Shown one piece after another: positions 18,029 through 27,829 of a stretch of DNA of 64,000 bases. Source of the DNA: an uncultured Bacteriovoracaceae bacterium. GTDB taxonomy: Bacteria; Bdellovibrionota; Bacteriovoracia; Bacteriovoracales; Bacteriovoracaceae. The stretch covers positions 1 to 64,000 of the forward strand of contig CAXGUD010000014.1 in assembly GCA_964012805.1 (NCBI GenBank), given 5' to 3'. Position numbers and translations under genes: made by a program. Every line of letters begins with the position of its first letter. The first letter of the stretch is position 1. The notes below the pieces were generated by a model. The model had not been told where the DNA came from, did not search any database, and saw nothing but the letters and a program-made list of their open reading frames with translations.

Positions 18029-19222
18029 ATGACAAGAATCCATACAGGGCTTGAGTTATTAAAAATAGAAAAAAACTTACAAAAAAAAATCAAGGGGAAT
18101 ATAGGCCTTCTATGTCACAACGCTTCTATTGATAAGGGTTTTAATCATGCTATTGAAATAACAAAATCAATTTTTGGACAGAGGCTTAAAAAACTCTTTG
18201 GACCTCAGCATGGACTTATAACAGACGTTCAAGACAACATGGTTGAAACTAAGGACTTTATCCATCCTCATTTCAAATTACCAGTGTATAGCCTCTATTC
18301 AGAAACGCGTATACCAACAGATGAAATGCTAGAGGGTATAGATACTCTGATTGTTGACCTACAAGACGTAGGAACTCGAGTCTATACCTATATATCCACT
18401 TTAGGTCTACTCATGGAAGCCTGTGGAAAGAAAGATATCGAAGTCGTCGTTCTTGACCGGCCTAACCCTGTTGGCGGAAACATTATTGAAGGAAATATTT
18501 TAGGACCCTCCTATAAATCTTTTGTTGGTCACTTTCCGTTTCCAATGAGGCATGGCCTCACTATGGGAGAGGTTGCCAATTTCTGCCAAGCTCATGGTGA
18601 AGGTCGATGTTCTCTTAACGTCATCCAAATGGAGGGCTGGAAGAGGTCCATGACTTTTAACGAGACGGACCTTCCGTGGGTCCTCCCCTCACCCAACCTA
18701 CCGACTTGGGAAAGTGCTTTTACATTCATTGGAACGGTACTTTTCGAAGGAACCTTTATTTCAGAAGGAAGAGGAACAACCAGAAGCTTAGAAATTATAG
18801 GCCACCCTAATCTGGAGCCCTACTCTTTTAAAGAAAGCTTCCTCAAAAAATGCGATCTTTTGGGACTCTCTGGATTTAACCTAAGGCCACTGTATTTCAG
18901 ACCTACCTTTCAAAAGCATGCACAAAAAACTTGTGGGGGGTTTCAAATTCATCCTACCAATCTTCAAACGTTTAGACCTTGGACATTGGGACAAGTCTTA
19001 TGTCATGAGCTTTACCATGAACTGGGGTCGGACTTTCAATGGAACAAAAGTCCCTATGAGTATGAGTTTGAAAGGCCTGCAATTGATATGATAAATGGCA
19101 CTCATCAGATTAGAGAGTGGATCGAGGAAAAACGTTCTTGGGAAGATTTAAAGGCCATTGAAGAAAAAGACTGGCCTCAATTTTTAGATCAAAGGGAATC
19201 TATACTACTCTACAGATACTAG
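18029..19222 (+). CDS. namZ: Exo-beta-N-acetylmuramidase NamZ (DUF1343) family
   Basis: FGPQHG, DLQDVGTRVYTY, LDRPNP, RHGLTMGE, PSPNLP and SEGRGTT motifs. Confidence 0.9.
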   Translation: MTRIHTGLELLKIEKNLQKKIKGNIGLLCHNASIDKGFNHAIEITKSIFGQRLKKLFGPQHGLITDVQDNMVETKDFIHPHFKLPVYSLYSETRIPTDEMLEGIDTLIVDLQDVGTRVYTYISTLGLLMEACGKKDIEVVVLDRPNPVGGNIIEGNILGPSYKSFVGHFPFPMRHGLTMGEVANFCQAHGEGRCSLNVIQMEGWKRSMTFNETDLPWVLPSPNLPTWESAFTFIGTVLFEGTFISEGRGTTRSLEIIGHPNLEPYSFKESFLKKCDLLGLSGFNLRPLYFRPTFQKHAQKTCGGFQIHPTNLQTFRPWTLGQVLCHELYHELGSDFQWNKSPYEYEFERPAIDMINGTHQIREWIEEKRSWEDLKAIEEKDWPQFLDQRESILLYRY

Positions 19223-19264
19223 AAGATAACTTAACACTTTTACCGTCAAAAAGGTCTGTAAATT

Positions 19265-19915
19265 ATGGCAAAGAAAGAGTTTTTCCTCATATGGACAAAA
19301 GATTCTGGAGAAGAAGAAACAATATCAATTAAACATGAAATGATTTTTGGAAGAAAAAAAGACTGTGATATGGCACTTCCTGATCAGCTTGTGAGTGGCA
19401 AACACTTCCAAACCCTCATTATTGGACAAAAAGTCTACCTTTCTGATCTAAATTCTTTCAACAAAACGTTCCTTAATGAAGTTGATCTAAGTCCAGAGAA
19501 GAAAACGCCCCTTAAAGAAGGAGATATAATAAAAGCAGGGAAGCAAATGTTTACCTTTACCATGGCCCCCGGCAAATCGGCTTCTGGCACTTCTTCTTCA
19601 TCCAGCGTCTCGCTTGAAAATGACAGCCTCCAGCTTAAAATTGAAAACCTAAAAACAGAAGGAACCAAAACAGAAAGCTCTAGACCTGAAGACCCATTCC
19701 TAAATGGACTTTATGAACTTAAAGACATACTTGATCTGAGCATAAACCATGCCGGTGATTCAAAATACGATTTATCCAGCTTATCTTTCAGTAAAGAACC
19801 TAAGAAAACTCATTTTCAAGAATTTAAGGACAAAAAGGAAAAAATTCTAAACAGAAACAAAGAGCTAGCTAAAGACCTTAATGAGCTTATAAACCTTTGG
19901 AAATCTTTCTTTTAA
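19265..19915 (+). CDS. FHA domain-containing protein
   Basis: IFGR, VSGKH and DLNSFNKTFLN motifs; Ser-rich linker. Confidence 0.85.
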   Translation: MAKKEFFLIWTKDSGEEETISIKHEMIFGRKKDCDMALPDQLVSGKHFQTLIIGQKVYLSDLNSFNKTFLNEVDLSPEKKTPLKEGDIIKAGKQMFTFTMAPGKSASGTSSSSSVSLENDSLQLKIENLKTEGTKTESSRPEDPFLNGLYELKDILDLSINHAGDSKYDLSSLSFSKEPKKTHFQEFKDKKEKILNRNKELAKDLNELINLWKSFF

Positions 19916-20021
19916 TGCCCTCATTTGCAAGTTATTTTCTTATAAATTAGAATTTAATATAAGAAAACATCGGTATTATCCTGTTCATGAATTTTTTAAA
20001 GAGGAAAGAAGGAAAAAGATC

Positions 20022-20720
20022 ATGAAAAAAAAGAAAAATCTTTTTAAGGTACTTTCAGAAAACGACATGAAAGAAAAACTCAGGCTCGCTTCAGAGGAAA
20101 AGTCAGAGGCCCATATTTGGGAACAAGCCGATAATATCAGAGAACTTTTTTATATTACAGATTTCCAAGAAGATCAAAATAGGTTTATTTTGAGACCTAG
20201 CCTCAATGAGACATCACTTTTAAACAAAGAATGCCTGATTAATTTTGAAGCTGAAGATAGAGAGTTTTTTTCAACTGGCACAATTCAACCAGGAGAAAAA
20301 GGCCTTTTCCTTTTTACTATTGGAAATAAAGTGTTTAGGTTCGATAAGAGAAAGCACTTAAGAATCCCTGAGGAGTTTACTGAAAGCCTTATATTCAAAG
20401 TCAATAGACAGAAGGACTTCCACTTTAATTGCTTCAATATTTCAGAGGGTGGAATTGGAATCATCTGCAACCTGGATAAAAGAGATGTTTTTAGTGTAAA
20501 TAAGAAGTTTAGAGACGTTTTTTTAGAGTTCAATGGCAAAAACTATGCAATTGAGCTCGTTATTGTTCAATATAATGGTGAAGCTGATGAAGAATACGGA
20601 CAAAATAAAATTCAAATCGGACTGGCCTTCAAAAGCATTACTGAAACAGTAAAATTCAATATTAAAAAAGAAGTACAGAAGTGTTTATTCAAAGCTCTTA
20701 AAGGCAAAAAAGAATCGTAA
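20022..20720 (+). CDS. PilZ domain protein (YcgR-like PilZN-PilZ)
   Basis: RKHLR (RxxxR) and NISEGG ([D/N]xSxxG) intact. Confidence 0.8.
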   Translation: MKKKKNLFKVLSENDMKEKLRLASEEKSEAHIWEQADNIRELFYITDFQEDQNRFILRPSLNETSLLNKECLINFEAEDREFFSTGTIQPGEKGLFLFTIGNKVFRFDKRKHLRIPEEFTESLIFKVNRQKDFHFNCFNISEGGIGIICNLDKRDVFSVNKKFRDVFLEFNGKNYAIELVIVQYNGEADEEYGQNKIQIGLAFKSITETVKFNIKKEVQKCLFKALKGKKES

Positions 20721-20723
20721 AAT

Positions 20724-21554
20724 CTACCGTACTTTGCAAATTTCCTGAATCCTTAAATCAATTTTTTTGGCCAATTTTAGAATATATTCATTTTGGACAA
20801 ATGGTTTTTTCAAAAAACCCGAAGGAGGGCAATTTCCATAGGGCGGAAGTACTTTCCAAGGGGAAGATTTTAACACTTCTTTTCCAATTCTTAGCAAAGT
20901 CTTAGTTGAAATACGTCCCCTTTCATGCTCCATTAAGCCAAGATCAAAGGCAGTCCAATAGCTTCTTTGACCACTAAAAAAGTTTTTATTTTCAACATTA
21001 TGAATATAGATTTCTTTAACTTTTTCAGGAAATTTTTTTCTTAATTCATGATAAATAGCAGGATCTTCATTGACATCGTCTCCAATTAGAACAAAAGGGC
21101 CTTCTTCATCTTCCAAAATCCTTTCGAATACCTCTCTCTTAAAAAGGCGGCTTTCTTTCCCCAAAGGTCGAAGAAAAATTTTATGCTTTGGAAATTGATG
21201 GTGCTTTAAAAGACTTTGAACCATAGGGTAAAGAAAGCTGGGAGAAGCACTGATCACCGTTAAACGAAATTCTTCTTCACAAAAAGAGCCGGCTTTTTGC
21301 CCAGTCATTCCCCTATAAAGAATATCAAAGCCAGCATTAATATGCTTTTTGAAAAGGGCATTATATCCCATCACTGATATTTTTTTGGACGGGTAGGTCT
21401 TTATTGTGTCATCAAAATCACTCAAAATTTTTGTGCCATTTTTGCAAGACTCCTCTGCTGAAAAGGCTTTCAAAAGGGGGGAAGAAGCCATAAAAAAGGC
21501 AAAAAAAGACAGAAAGGGCAGGCACAATTTCTTGGAACTTAGCAGCTGACTCAA
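20724..21554 (-). CDS. App1/DUF2183-like phosphatidate phosphatase (HAD fold) with signal peptide
   Basis: ILSDFDDTIK, ISASP, LIGDDVNEDPAIY and IYIH motifs; hydrophobic N-terminus. Confidence 0.8.
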   Translation of the reverse strand: MSQLLSSKKLCLPFLSFFAFFMASSPLLKAFSAEESCKNGTKILSDFDDTIKTYPSKKISVMGYNALFKKHINAGFDILYRGMTGQKAGSFCEEEFRLTVISASPSFLYPMVQSLLKHHQFPKHKIFLRPLGKESRLFKREVFERILEDEEGPFVLIGDDVNEDPAIYHELRKKFPEKVKEIYIHNVENKNFFSGQRSYWTAFDLGLMEHERGRISTKTLLRIGKEVLKSSPWKVLPPYGNCPPSGFLKKPFVQNEYILKLAKKIDLRIQEICKVR

Positions 21555-21578
21555 TTCGTATTCTCCCAGGTATTTGTT

Positions 21579-21605
21579 TTTTCGGGGGATACTAAGGTAT
21601 CTTTA
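21579..21605 (-). promoter_or_regulatory. Sigma-28/FliA-like promoter
   Basis: TAAA-N15-CCCGAAAA on the minus strand. Confidence 0.55.
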
Positions 21606-21719
21606 TTAGAATAAAAAGATCTTTTTCAAAATTTTCCTCTTTTTGGCCATTGGGTTCCATACTAAAATGGAACTAAGTGCTAAAAAGAAAGGCAGAGAGG
21701 AGAAAAAAAAGAGAAAATT

Positions 21720-22580
21720 ATGACCGAGAAATCAAAAAAAGGAAAAATTCTCATCGTTGATGACAGTGCTGATATTAGGCTATTGTTGATTTTGAAGCTG
21801 AAAAAAGCAGGTTATGATGTTCTGGCAGCGTCAAATGGTATGGAAGCACTTGAAGTTATCGGGGAAAACAAAGAAATAAAACTCATCATTTTGGATGTTA
21901 TGATGCCGGTCATGAACGGTATCCAAACGATGAAACTCCTTTTAAACCGTATTGAAAAAAACCAGCTAAGAGAAAACCAGTCACCAGAAAATACTGACGG
22001 AGAAAACCCTGAAGCAGAAAATGTTATGGACAGCGATGATGACTTCCCTCTTCTTAAAGTTGTTTTCTGCACGGCAAAGCAAGACCCTAGACAAATTGAA
22101 CTTGCACTTCAAGCCGGTGCCGATGACTACATCACAAAGCCCATAGACGAAGCTATCATGGTTCAAAAAATTCACCGGCTCATGGGCCATCAAGATGAGC
22201 AGTTGTTTGCAGTGCTAAGAACCCAAATTCCCATTACCATAGAAGAGTACCCCGATGCTGAGCCTTCCACTCTCCTGGAACTTTCAGAGACAAATGCTAA
22301 GTTTGAGTGCGCCTTTCAAATTGCCGATGGAACAAATCTTACTTTTCATTCAACTTATTTGGAAGGCTTTTTTAAGCATAACGTGAAATTAAAAGGTTCA
22401 GTCATCTTTCAAGAGAAAAAAGGTCCAGATCAGTATGAAACCGATATCTTTTTCAAGGGACTAAGTGAGCAAGATAGGCAAGAGCTCAGGTCAGTGACAA
22501 CAACAAAAAGAGAGTTAATTGAACAAAATGAAGAAGGTGAAGGCGAAGGTGAAGGTCAAGGTGAAGGGTCTTTAGAATAA
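21720..22580 (+). CDS. Response regulator with acidic insertion and degenerate PilZ-like C-domain
   Basis: ILIVDDS, LDVMMP, CTA and GADDYITKP motifs; C-terminal ELSET...F.GLSEQDRQEL. Confidence 0.8.
   Translation: MTEKSKKGKILIVDDSADIRLLLILKLKKAGYDVLAASNGMEALEVIGENKEIKLIILDVMMPVMNGIQTMKLLLNRIEKNQLRENQSPENTDGENPEAENVMDSDDDFPLLKVVFCTAKQDPRQIELALQAGADDYITKPIDEAIMVQKIHRLMGHQDEQLFAVLRTQIPITIEEYPDAEPSTLLELSETNAKFECAFQIADGTNLTFHSTYLEGFFKHNVKLKGSVIFQEKKGPDQYETDIFFKGLSEQDRQELRSVTTTKRELIEQNEEGEGEGEGQGEGSLE
22533..22568 (+). repeat. Six copies of a hexamer coding microsatellite (GAAGGN, EG repeats)
   Basis: gaaggt gaaggc gaaggt gaaggt caaggt gaaggg. Confidence 0.8.
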
Positions 22581-22596
22581 TCTGTTATTTCTTTCA

Positions 22597-23931
22597 TTAA
22601 AATTCATCATTAATAGAAAAAGAAAAAGCCTCTAAAGAACCTTTATCAAATGGAACTCCGTCTACAATTTTTAAAGTCCATATTCCCTGGGCACGAAGGC
22701 TTAGGAAAGGCTCCAGTGGTCCATATGACCCCTTTTCTTCAAAAAGTTTTCTTTCCCAGACCAAATAGCTGAAATTTTTCGGGTAATCATTTAACAAAAC
22801 TTCCTTTCCCGAAGGATGAATAAGGTAAATTTTTAACTCTGGGATCATAGGATGAAACACTTCAATTGAGAGCTTTATAGATTTAATCGGTTCATTTGCT
22901 TTCAAAAGGAAATGGTACTCAAAGCTTCCCTTGCTTGGTAACTCCAGAGATAAGTCCATGACCTCTACTTTAGAGTGACCCTCGAGAGCGTATTTTCTTT
23001 TAAAGCTGGAGTCGATAATTTCATCAATATCTCTAAGAAGAGTTATCCTCGTAACATCCTCCCCCCTGCAACCAGCATTATCACAATGCTTAATCACCAT
23101 GCAGGAATCCTCGGTTATATAATCTGTATCGCCTCTAACAAGAATTCCTTCAACAAGACCTGTTTCTTTATTAAACACTGGAGAACCTGAATTCCCCTGA
23201 AAAGTATCCAAGTTTGCATTAAAAAAAAGAGGGTCTCCATTTTCCCTCACCCTTGCATTATCAGCAATTTTGGTGGGAAGCCCTGAAGGATGACCTATAA
23301 CAACCAGTTCCGACTGATCCTCAATCTTTCCCTTTTTTCTAAAAGGAAGTGGTTCTCTCATTTGAACTGGTCTATCGAGCTTTATAAGAGCGTAATCTAT
23401 TTTTTCCAAAGGGTCATATTTAGCGACAATAACTTTTTGGCAAAAATAGACATCCTCAAAGGGAAACTCTTTTACTACTTGGTTTTTTGAGTTTTTTTTA
23501 AACCCAAAGACCCAGTGGTAATCAAAGCAATCTTCCTCACTTTGCACACAGTGTCCTGCTGTAACAAGAAGGTCCTCTCTAATTAAAAAGCCTGAACAAT
23601 TTGCAGGAGAAGGTTGTTCTGAAAACCTCTCCTTTTTACAAATACCATTTTCAAAAAGTTTTTTAGAAGTTAAAGAAAAAAATCCCCCTTCTTTACTAAG
23701 AAGGTCTTTTGATATTTGAGCCGCTGTAGAACGAGCAAATTTCTGAAATTTTTCTTTAGGATAATCAAAAACGTCATAACGATTATCAGCACCATAAATA
23801 ACTTTACCCAAAGAAAGTTCCCTAAAAGGGTTCTTTTTATTTGACTCTTGTGCCAACTCCAGATCACTCATGATACAACTTGAAAAAAGAATAAAAAGAA
23901 TTATTGGCCAAGACCTTTTAAATGAATCCAT
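22597..23931 (-). CDS. Trypsin-like serine protease lipoprotein with C-terminal proprotein-convertase P-domain
   Basis: FSSC lipobox; VIYGADNR; TAGHC, DYAL and GNSGSPV triad motifs; LKIYLIHPSG...AQGIWTLKIVD P-domain. Confidence 0.9.
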   Translation of the reverse strand: MDSFKRSWPIILFILFSSCIMSDLELAQESNKKNPFRELSLGKVIYGADNRYDVFDYPKEKFQKFARSTAAQISKDLLSKEGGFFSLTSKKLFENGICKKERFSEQPSPANCSGFLIREDLLVTAGHCVQSEEDCFDYHWVFGFKKNSKNQVVKEFPFEDVYFCQKVIVAKYDPLEKIDYALIKLDRPVQMREPLPFRKKGKIEDQSELVVIGHPSGLPTKIADNARVRENGDPLFFNANLDTFQGNSGSPVFNKETGLVEGILVRGDTDYITEDSCMVIKHCDNAGCRGEDVTRITLLRDIDEIIDSSFKRKYALEGHSKVEVMDLSLELPSKGSFEYHFLLKANEPIKSIKLSIEVFHPMIPELKIYLIHPSGKEVLLNDYPKNFSYLVWERKLFEEKGSYGPLEPFLSLRAQGIWTLKIVDGVPFDKGSLEAFSFSINDEF

Positions 23932-24111
23932 TCAAAGCCTTTTTTAACTTTACTCCGAAGACAAGAACTTTCTTCCATGAAAGCTTTTCATCTTAAACTC
24001 ATACTATTAAATTTTAGACCAAGTTTTTAGTCTATAAACCTAATATTTTCTTTCAAACTTAAAATTTTTTCGAATTTTTAAAAGGAAGGTATTTGTCAAC
24101 GTCAGGATCAT

Positions 24112-24138
24112 TCAACTATGATCTAAAAAAACCGAGTA
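24112..24138 (+). promoter_or_regulatory. Sigma-28/FliA-like promoter
   Basis: TCAA-N15-ACCGAGTA. Confidence 0.5.
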
Positions 24139-24170
24139 TTTTTTGAATATTACTTTTTTAAAGGGAGTCT

Positions 24171-24842
24171 TTGATGAAAAAAAACTCTATACTGTTGACT
24201 TTCATCCTCTCATTTATTACTTTTTTTATTTCCTCCTGTCAGTACAAAGAAGATCCTAAAAAAAGTAGTTCATTCTCTATTGAAAAACTAAAAATAAATC
24301 TTCCACCATCATGGTCCCTAAAAATAACAAACATTAAGACTCCTCCTCATCAATGGAGAGGGCCTATAGCAGACGGTATCAAATTGGAACTTTATAATAC
24401 CAACCCTAAAAATTTACAAAGCGAAAAAAAGTCTTATAAAAAGCTCTATCCAAACTCTGAAAGCTCTCAAAAGCTTAAACCACAACTAGTTCGTTACCTT
24501 TATCGAAAACTTGAAGCTGGCTATTCTTTTGGAATGATGCAAAGAATTCATCCCGCAATACTCGAAGGTGTTACAGAACAATTTGTTATAATTAAACCAC
24601 CCTCTGTTTCTTCCGAAAAAGATTACAATGTTCCAAAAAGTATAAAAAACCTTTTTTACAAGTTCTTAAACCTCTCACTAAATGAGCCTTTTAAAAAAGC
24701 TGAGATCGTAAAGGAAGCCTTTAATTCTCAATTTCATAAAAAACTTAAAGAAAATAAATCAAAATATAGTGATAAAAAAGCTGTTATTTTCAAAGAAGAA
24801 CGCCATGGGACAGAATCCCTTGGAGTCCTTACTTTAAAATAA
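24171..24842 (+). CDS. Hypothetical lipoprotein
   Basis: MKK plus hydrophobic stretch and ISSC lipobox; AAGGGAG RBS. Confidence 0.75.
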   Translation: MMKKNSILLTFILSFITFFISSCQYKEDPKKSSSFSIEKLKINLPPSWSLKITNIKTPPHQWRGPIADGIKLELYNTNPKNLQSEKKSYKKLYPNSESSQKLKPQLVRYLYRKLEAGYSFGMMQRIHPAILEGVTEQFVIIKPPSVSSEKDYNVPKSIKNLFYKFLNLSLNEPFKKAEIVKEAFNSQFHKKLKENKSKYSDKKAVIFKEERHGTESLGVLTLK

Positions 24843-24847
24843 TTGAG

Positions 24848-25822
24848 TTAAAAACCATTTTGCTTTGAAGTTAAAACCATCGCCACAGATTTTTCATAAT
24901 AGGCAGCTTCATTCATAAAAATTGGCCAAACAGTAGGCCCTTTCCAGTGAATCGTTTCTCCATCAAAACAAATAAATAGTGGCCCTCCATCCTTAATTGG
25001 CTCAAAATCCTTGCCTTCTCTCTCAGGATGAATCATCCCTTTAAGTCCACCATCTTCGTCCCTTGGATAATCTAAGCTTTCTAGTACATGAAATGTTTCA
25101 AGTTCTTCCATTTTGTAAGAATTAAGATCAACCTCTTCAACATTTTCTAAAAATGAAAGTGTTTCTCGGACCACTTTTTCCATTAGTAGAAATAGCTCTG
25201 ACTTTAATACTCCTTGAGGAACAGGTCCAAACTCTAAAAGAATTCCTGACTTTGCCTGAGTAAAAAGACAGTAGTTATCTTCAAGCTCCTTGAACTCACA
25301 AATAATTTTTAAACTCGGAAACACCTTTTTAAGGTGAGATGCGACAATCAGAGACAGATCATCTTTATGGGAAAGAATTATTGTGGGACCCATTTGGGAA
25401 GTCGTTGTATGAAGGTCAATAATAAAGTCTGCACGCACTTCTTTAAACTTTTTGTCCAAATCTAAAGCGAGCTTCTCCTCGTGTTCAAGGAAATTTTCTC
25501 CTTTTTCATCAAACTTTTTTTTAGCAGCTAGAAGAAAATCTTTTGAAAAGCACCGATTCAGATCATGATCAACATATCTTTTGTTTAGCTTAAAAGCCTC
25601 TTCATTTCCAAGCTCAAAAAAGGGACTAATATTTTTATAATTTTCTTTCAAACCTAAAGACTTTAACTTTTTAATCAAATAAACTCCGGTAAATTCATTT
25701 CCGTGAGTTCCTCCTACAACAAAAACTTGCCTCTTTTTACTTTTAATCATAACTTTTTCTCTTAGCGTAAGTTTAAAATATTCAGTGAAATTGGCCTGAA
25801 AGTATTCCCAAGATTTATTCAT
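24848..25822 (-). CDS. Aspartoacylase (M14 family; start may be ATG 25750)
   Basis: GGTHGNE, DLNR, DLHTT, EFGPVPQG, DYPR and NEAAYYEK motifs. Confidence 0.92.
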   Translation of the reverse strand: MNKSWEYFQANFTEYFKLTLREKVMIKSKKRQVFVVGGTHGNEFTGVYLIKKLKSLGLKENYKNISPFFELGNEEAFKLNKRYVDHDLNRCFSKDFLLAAKKKFDEKGENFLEHEEKLALDLDKKFKEVRADFIIDLHTTTSQMGPTIILSHKDDLSLIVASHLKKVFPSLKIICEFKELEDNYCLFTQAKSGILLEFGPVPQGVLKSELFLLMEKVVRETLSFLENVEEVDLNSYKMEELETFHVLESLDYPRDEDGGLKGMIHPEREGKDFEPIKDGGPLFICFDGETIHWKGPTVWPIFMNEAAYYEKSVAMVLTSKQNGF

Positions 25823-25845
25823 TAGTCCAATACTTTTAGCGGATA

Positions 25846-26874
25846 ATGCGGAGTGGGAACGAAATCATGTTAAGCATAATAAAAAGGGTTGTCTTTTTCT
25901 ATGTTGGTAAGCTTTTTATCATTTCATTTGTTTTTCCTGCAAACTTGTCATTGGTCCATGGTGATACTCTACCCTGCCCTTTGACCAACCAAAAACAAAT
26001 ACTCAAAAATCTTAATAAAGCTATTGGCCCTTATAAATACGATTTAACAGAGTTAAATCAATGGTTTAGCTCCCAAAGGCCCTACAAAGGAGTCTCCCTT
26101 CTTATTCATGGCCTCAACAACAAACCAAGCACTATGAACGCCCTGGCGCTCCACCTTTCTACGCTAGGCCATGCCACCTTGCGGGGATCACTTAGGGGTC
26201 ATAGAGGAAGCCTGAAAGAGGGTCAAAATGTAACGGTATCCCAATGGAGGGAAGATGTTGACCTACTCTATTGCTTAGCTCTCTTAAAAAGCCAATATTT
26301 AAAGGTCCCTTTAAATATTAGTTGTTACTCGATGGGCTGCCTATTATTTCTTGACCTCTTTAAGAGAATAAAAAGCTTACAACAAGATAACATGGTAGAG
26401 AGGGCCATTTTTATTTCTCCTGCCATTAAGGTTAAGCCAGAGCTTTCGTGGCTTTCTCACCTATTTAAAATGCTCCCATCAGATTGGATGATTCCTAGTT
26501 CAAATATAAAGCTTTATAGATCACAAAATGGAACATCCGTTTCCTCTTATAAGGCCTTTTTTGAGCTCCTCGATGAGAATCATAGTATTGACTTCCTTGG
26601 CCCTAAATCATTTGGACTTCCAAAAATACTTACTCTACTAAACCCCAAGGATGAACTTGTTGACGCAAAAAGCATCATCAAATTATTCAGAAAAATGCCC
26701 AAGGAGCAAACATGGGTTAAGCTCATAGAAATTGAAAACAAAAACGCCACCACCATAAAACATATAAACCACCTCCTATTAGATGAAGATAGCTTAGGGA
26801 AACTCAAGTGGCAGGAATGGAAAGAACATATTTCTCTGTTTTTAAAAGAGGGAAAACGTGCAACTCTTTATTGA
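25846..26874 (+). CDS. Secreted alpha/beta hydrolase (esterase/lysophospholipase-like)
   Basis: LIHGLN, LRGH, CYSMG nucleophile elbow, ISPA, DELV and late His. Confidence 0.8.
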   Translation: MRSGNEIMLSIIKRVVFFYVGKLFIISFVFPANLSLVHGDTLPCPLTNQKQILKNLNKAIGPYKYDLTELNQWFSSQRPYKGVSLLIHGLNNKPSTMNALALHLSTLGHATLRGSLRGHRGSLKEGQNVTVSQWREDVDLLYCLALLKSQYLKVPLNISCYSMGCLLFLDLFKRIKSLQQDNMVERAIFISPAIKVKPELSWLSHLFKMLPSDWMIPSSNIKLYRSQNGTSVSSYKAFFELLDENHSIDFLGPKSFGLPKILTLLNPKDELVDAKSIIKLFRKMPKEQTWVKLIEIENKNATTIKHINHLLLDEDSLGKLKWQEWKEHISLFLKEGKRATLY

Positions 26875-26899
26875 GATATTTGGTAAAGTTTGGCATACT
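26871..26899 (+). promoter_or_regulatory. Sigma-70-like promoter
   Basis: TTGAGA-N17-CATACT with extended TG. Confidence 0.4.
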
Positions 26900-26939
26900 G
26901 TAGCGACTCCATTACCCCATAGGATAGAGGATTTCGGCA

Positions 26940-27146
26940 ATGAACGAAAAATTTGAAAAAGCTGTTTCATTATTAAAAAATGCTGTCAAATACTCACATC
27001 TAGATAATCAAAAACATATTGATTTCTCCCTTGTAAACGCTCCGCATCTTGATGACTATAAGAAAGCCATGGTCACTGTTCAAAAAGCGGTACAAGATGG
27101 AGACATCACTCAAGATGACCTTAAAAAGAAGTTAGGGTTAATTTAG
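26940..27146 (+). CDS. Small hypothetical protein
   Basis: 68 aa with AGAGGA RBS and a plausible promoter. Confidence 0.75.
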   Translation: MNEKFEKAVSLLKNAVKYSHLDNQKHIDFSLVNAPHLDDYKKAMVTVQKAVQDGDITQDDLKKKLGLI

Positions 27147-27332
27147 TTACTCGTTTAAATCCACAATAGCTTTTTAGATGATCCTTAAGCAAAAAACCAA
27201 CAAAACCTCTCAAAAAAATAGCGTAGGAATAGCCATTTTTTCCAAACGAAAAAAAGCGGTTTGCTATTTTGAATTTGTGTTAAAATGAGATGAACTAACA
27301 GTCAGGCCCTAAGTTATCTCAGGAGGCAAAAT

Positions 27333-27752
27333 ATGAAAATATTGGTCGTGGATGATGAAGAAGATGTAAGAGAAATCATCACTGAGTTTATTGTAGAAAA
27401 CTTCGACATCAGCGTTCTTGAAGCCAGTACTGGAATGGAGGCCATTAATTGCCTCGAAGGAGAAAAGGATATTGGTCTTATCATAGCTGATTACAATTTT
27501 CCTGATCTTGGAGATGGTGGAGTCAATGGTGGAGGAATCTACACCTTTAACCTTGGAAACGAAAATATACCATTTTTTCTCTTTTCAGCAGAAAGACCTG
27601 AGGATCACCAAGAATTAGACAGTTTCAAATTGGACAATCCTCTTAATACAATTATCGGAAAACCCTATGATCACACCTTTACAAAAGAAGCGATCAAAAA
27701 AGTCATTATTGCCGCCCAAAAAAGAGATAAAGGCTCAAAAACGGTTACCTAA
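27333..27752 (+). CDS. Single-domain response regulator
   Basis: ILVVDDE, IIADYNFP, FSA and GKP motifs; AGGAGG RBS. Confidence 0.9.
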   Translation: MKILVVDDEEDVREIITEFIVENFDISVLEASTGMEAINCLEGEKDIGLIIADYNFPDLGDGGVNGGGIYTFNLGNENIPFFLFSAERPEDHQELDSFKLDNPLNTIIGKPYDHTFTKEAIKKVIIAAQKRDKGSKTVT

Positions 27753-27794
27753 AGATAAACTCTTTTATCTTCTTGTTAAAATTCATAACAATTT

Positions 27795-27824
27795 AAGGGG
27801 GCTTAAGATTTAAGCCCCTCTTTT
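27795..27824 (+). terminator. Intrinsic terminator between convergent genes
   Basis: GGGGCTTAA-GAT-TTAAGCCCC-TCTTTT. Confidence 0.75.
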
Positions 27825-27829
27825 ATATT

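Noticed and set aside
26890..26906. Sigma-54-like TGGCA...GC site (also at 51968-51984)
   Set aside because: GG to GC spacing is 9 rather than 10 nt; both fit sigma-70 promoters with a CATACT -10 box better.
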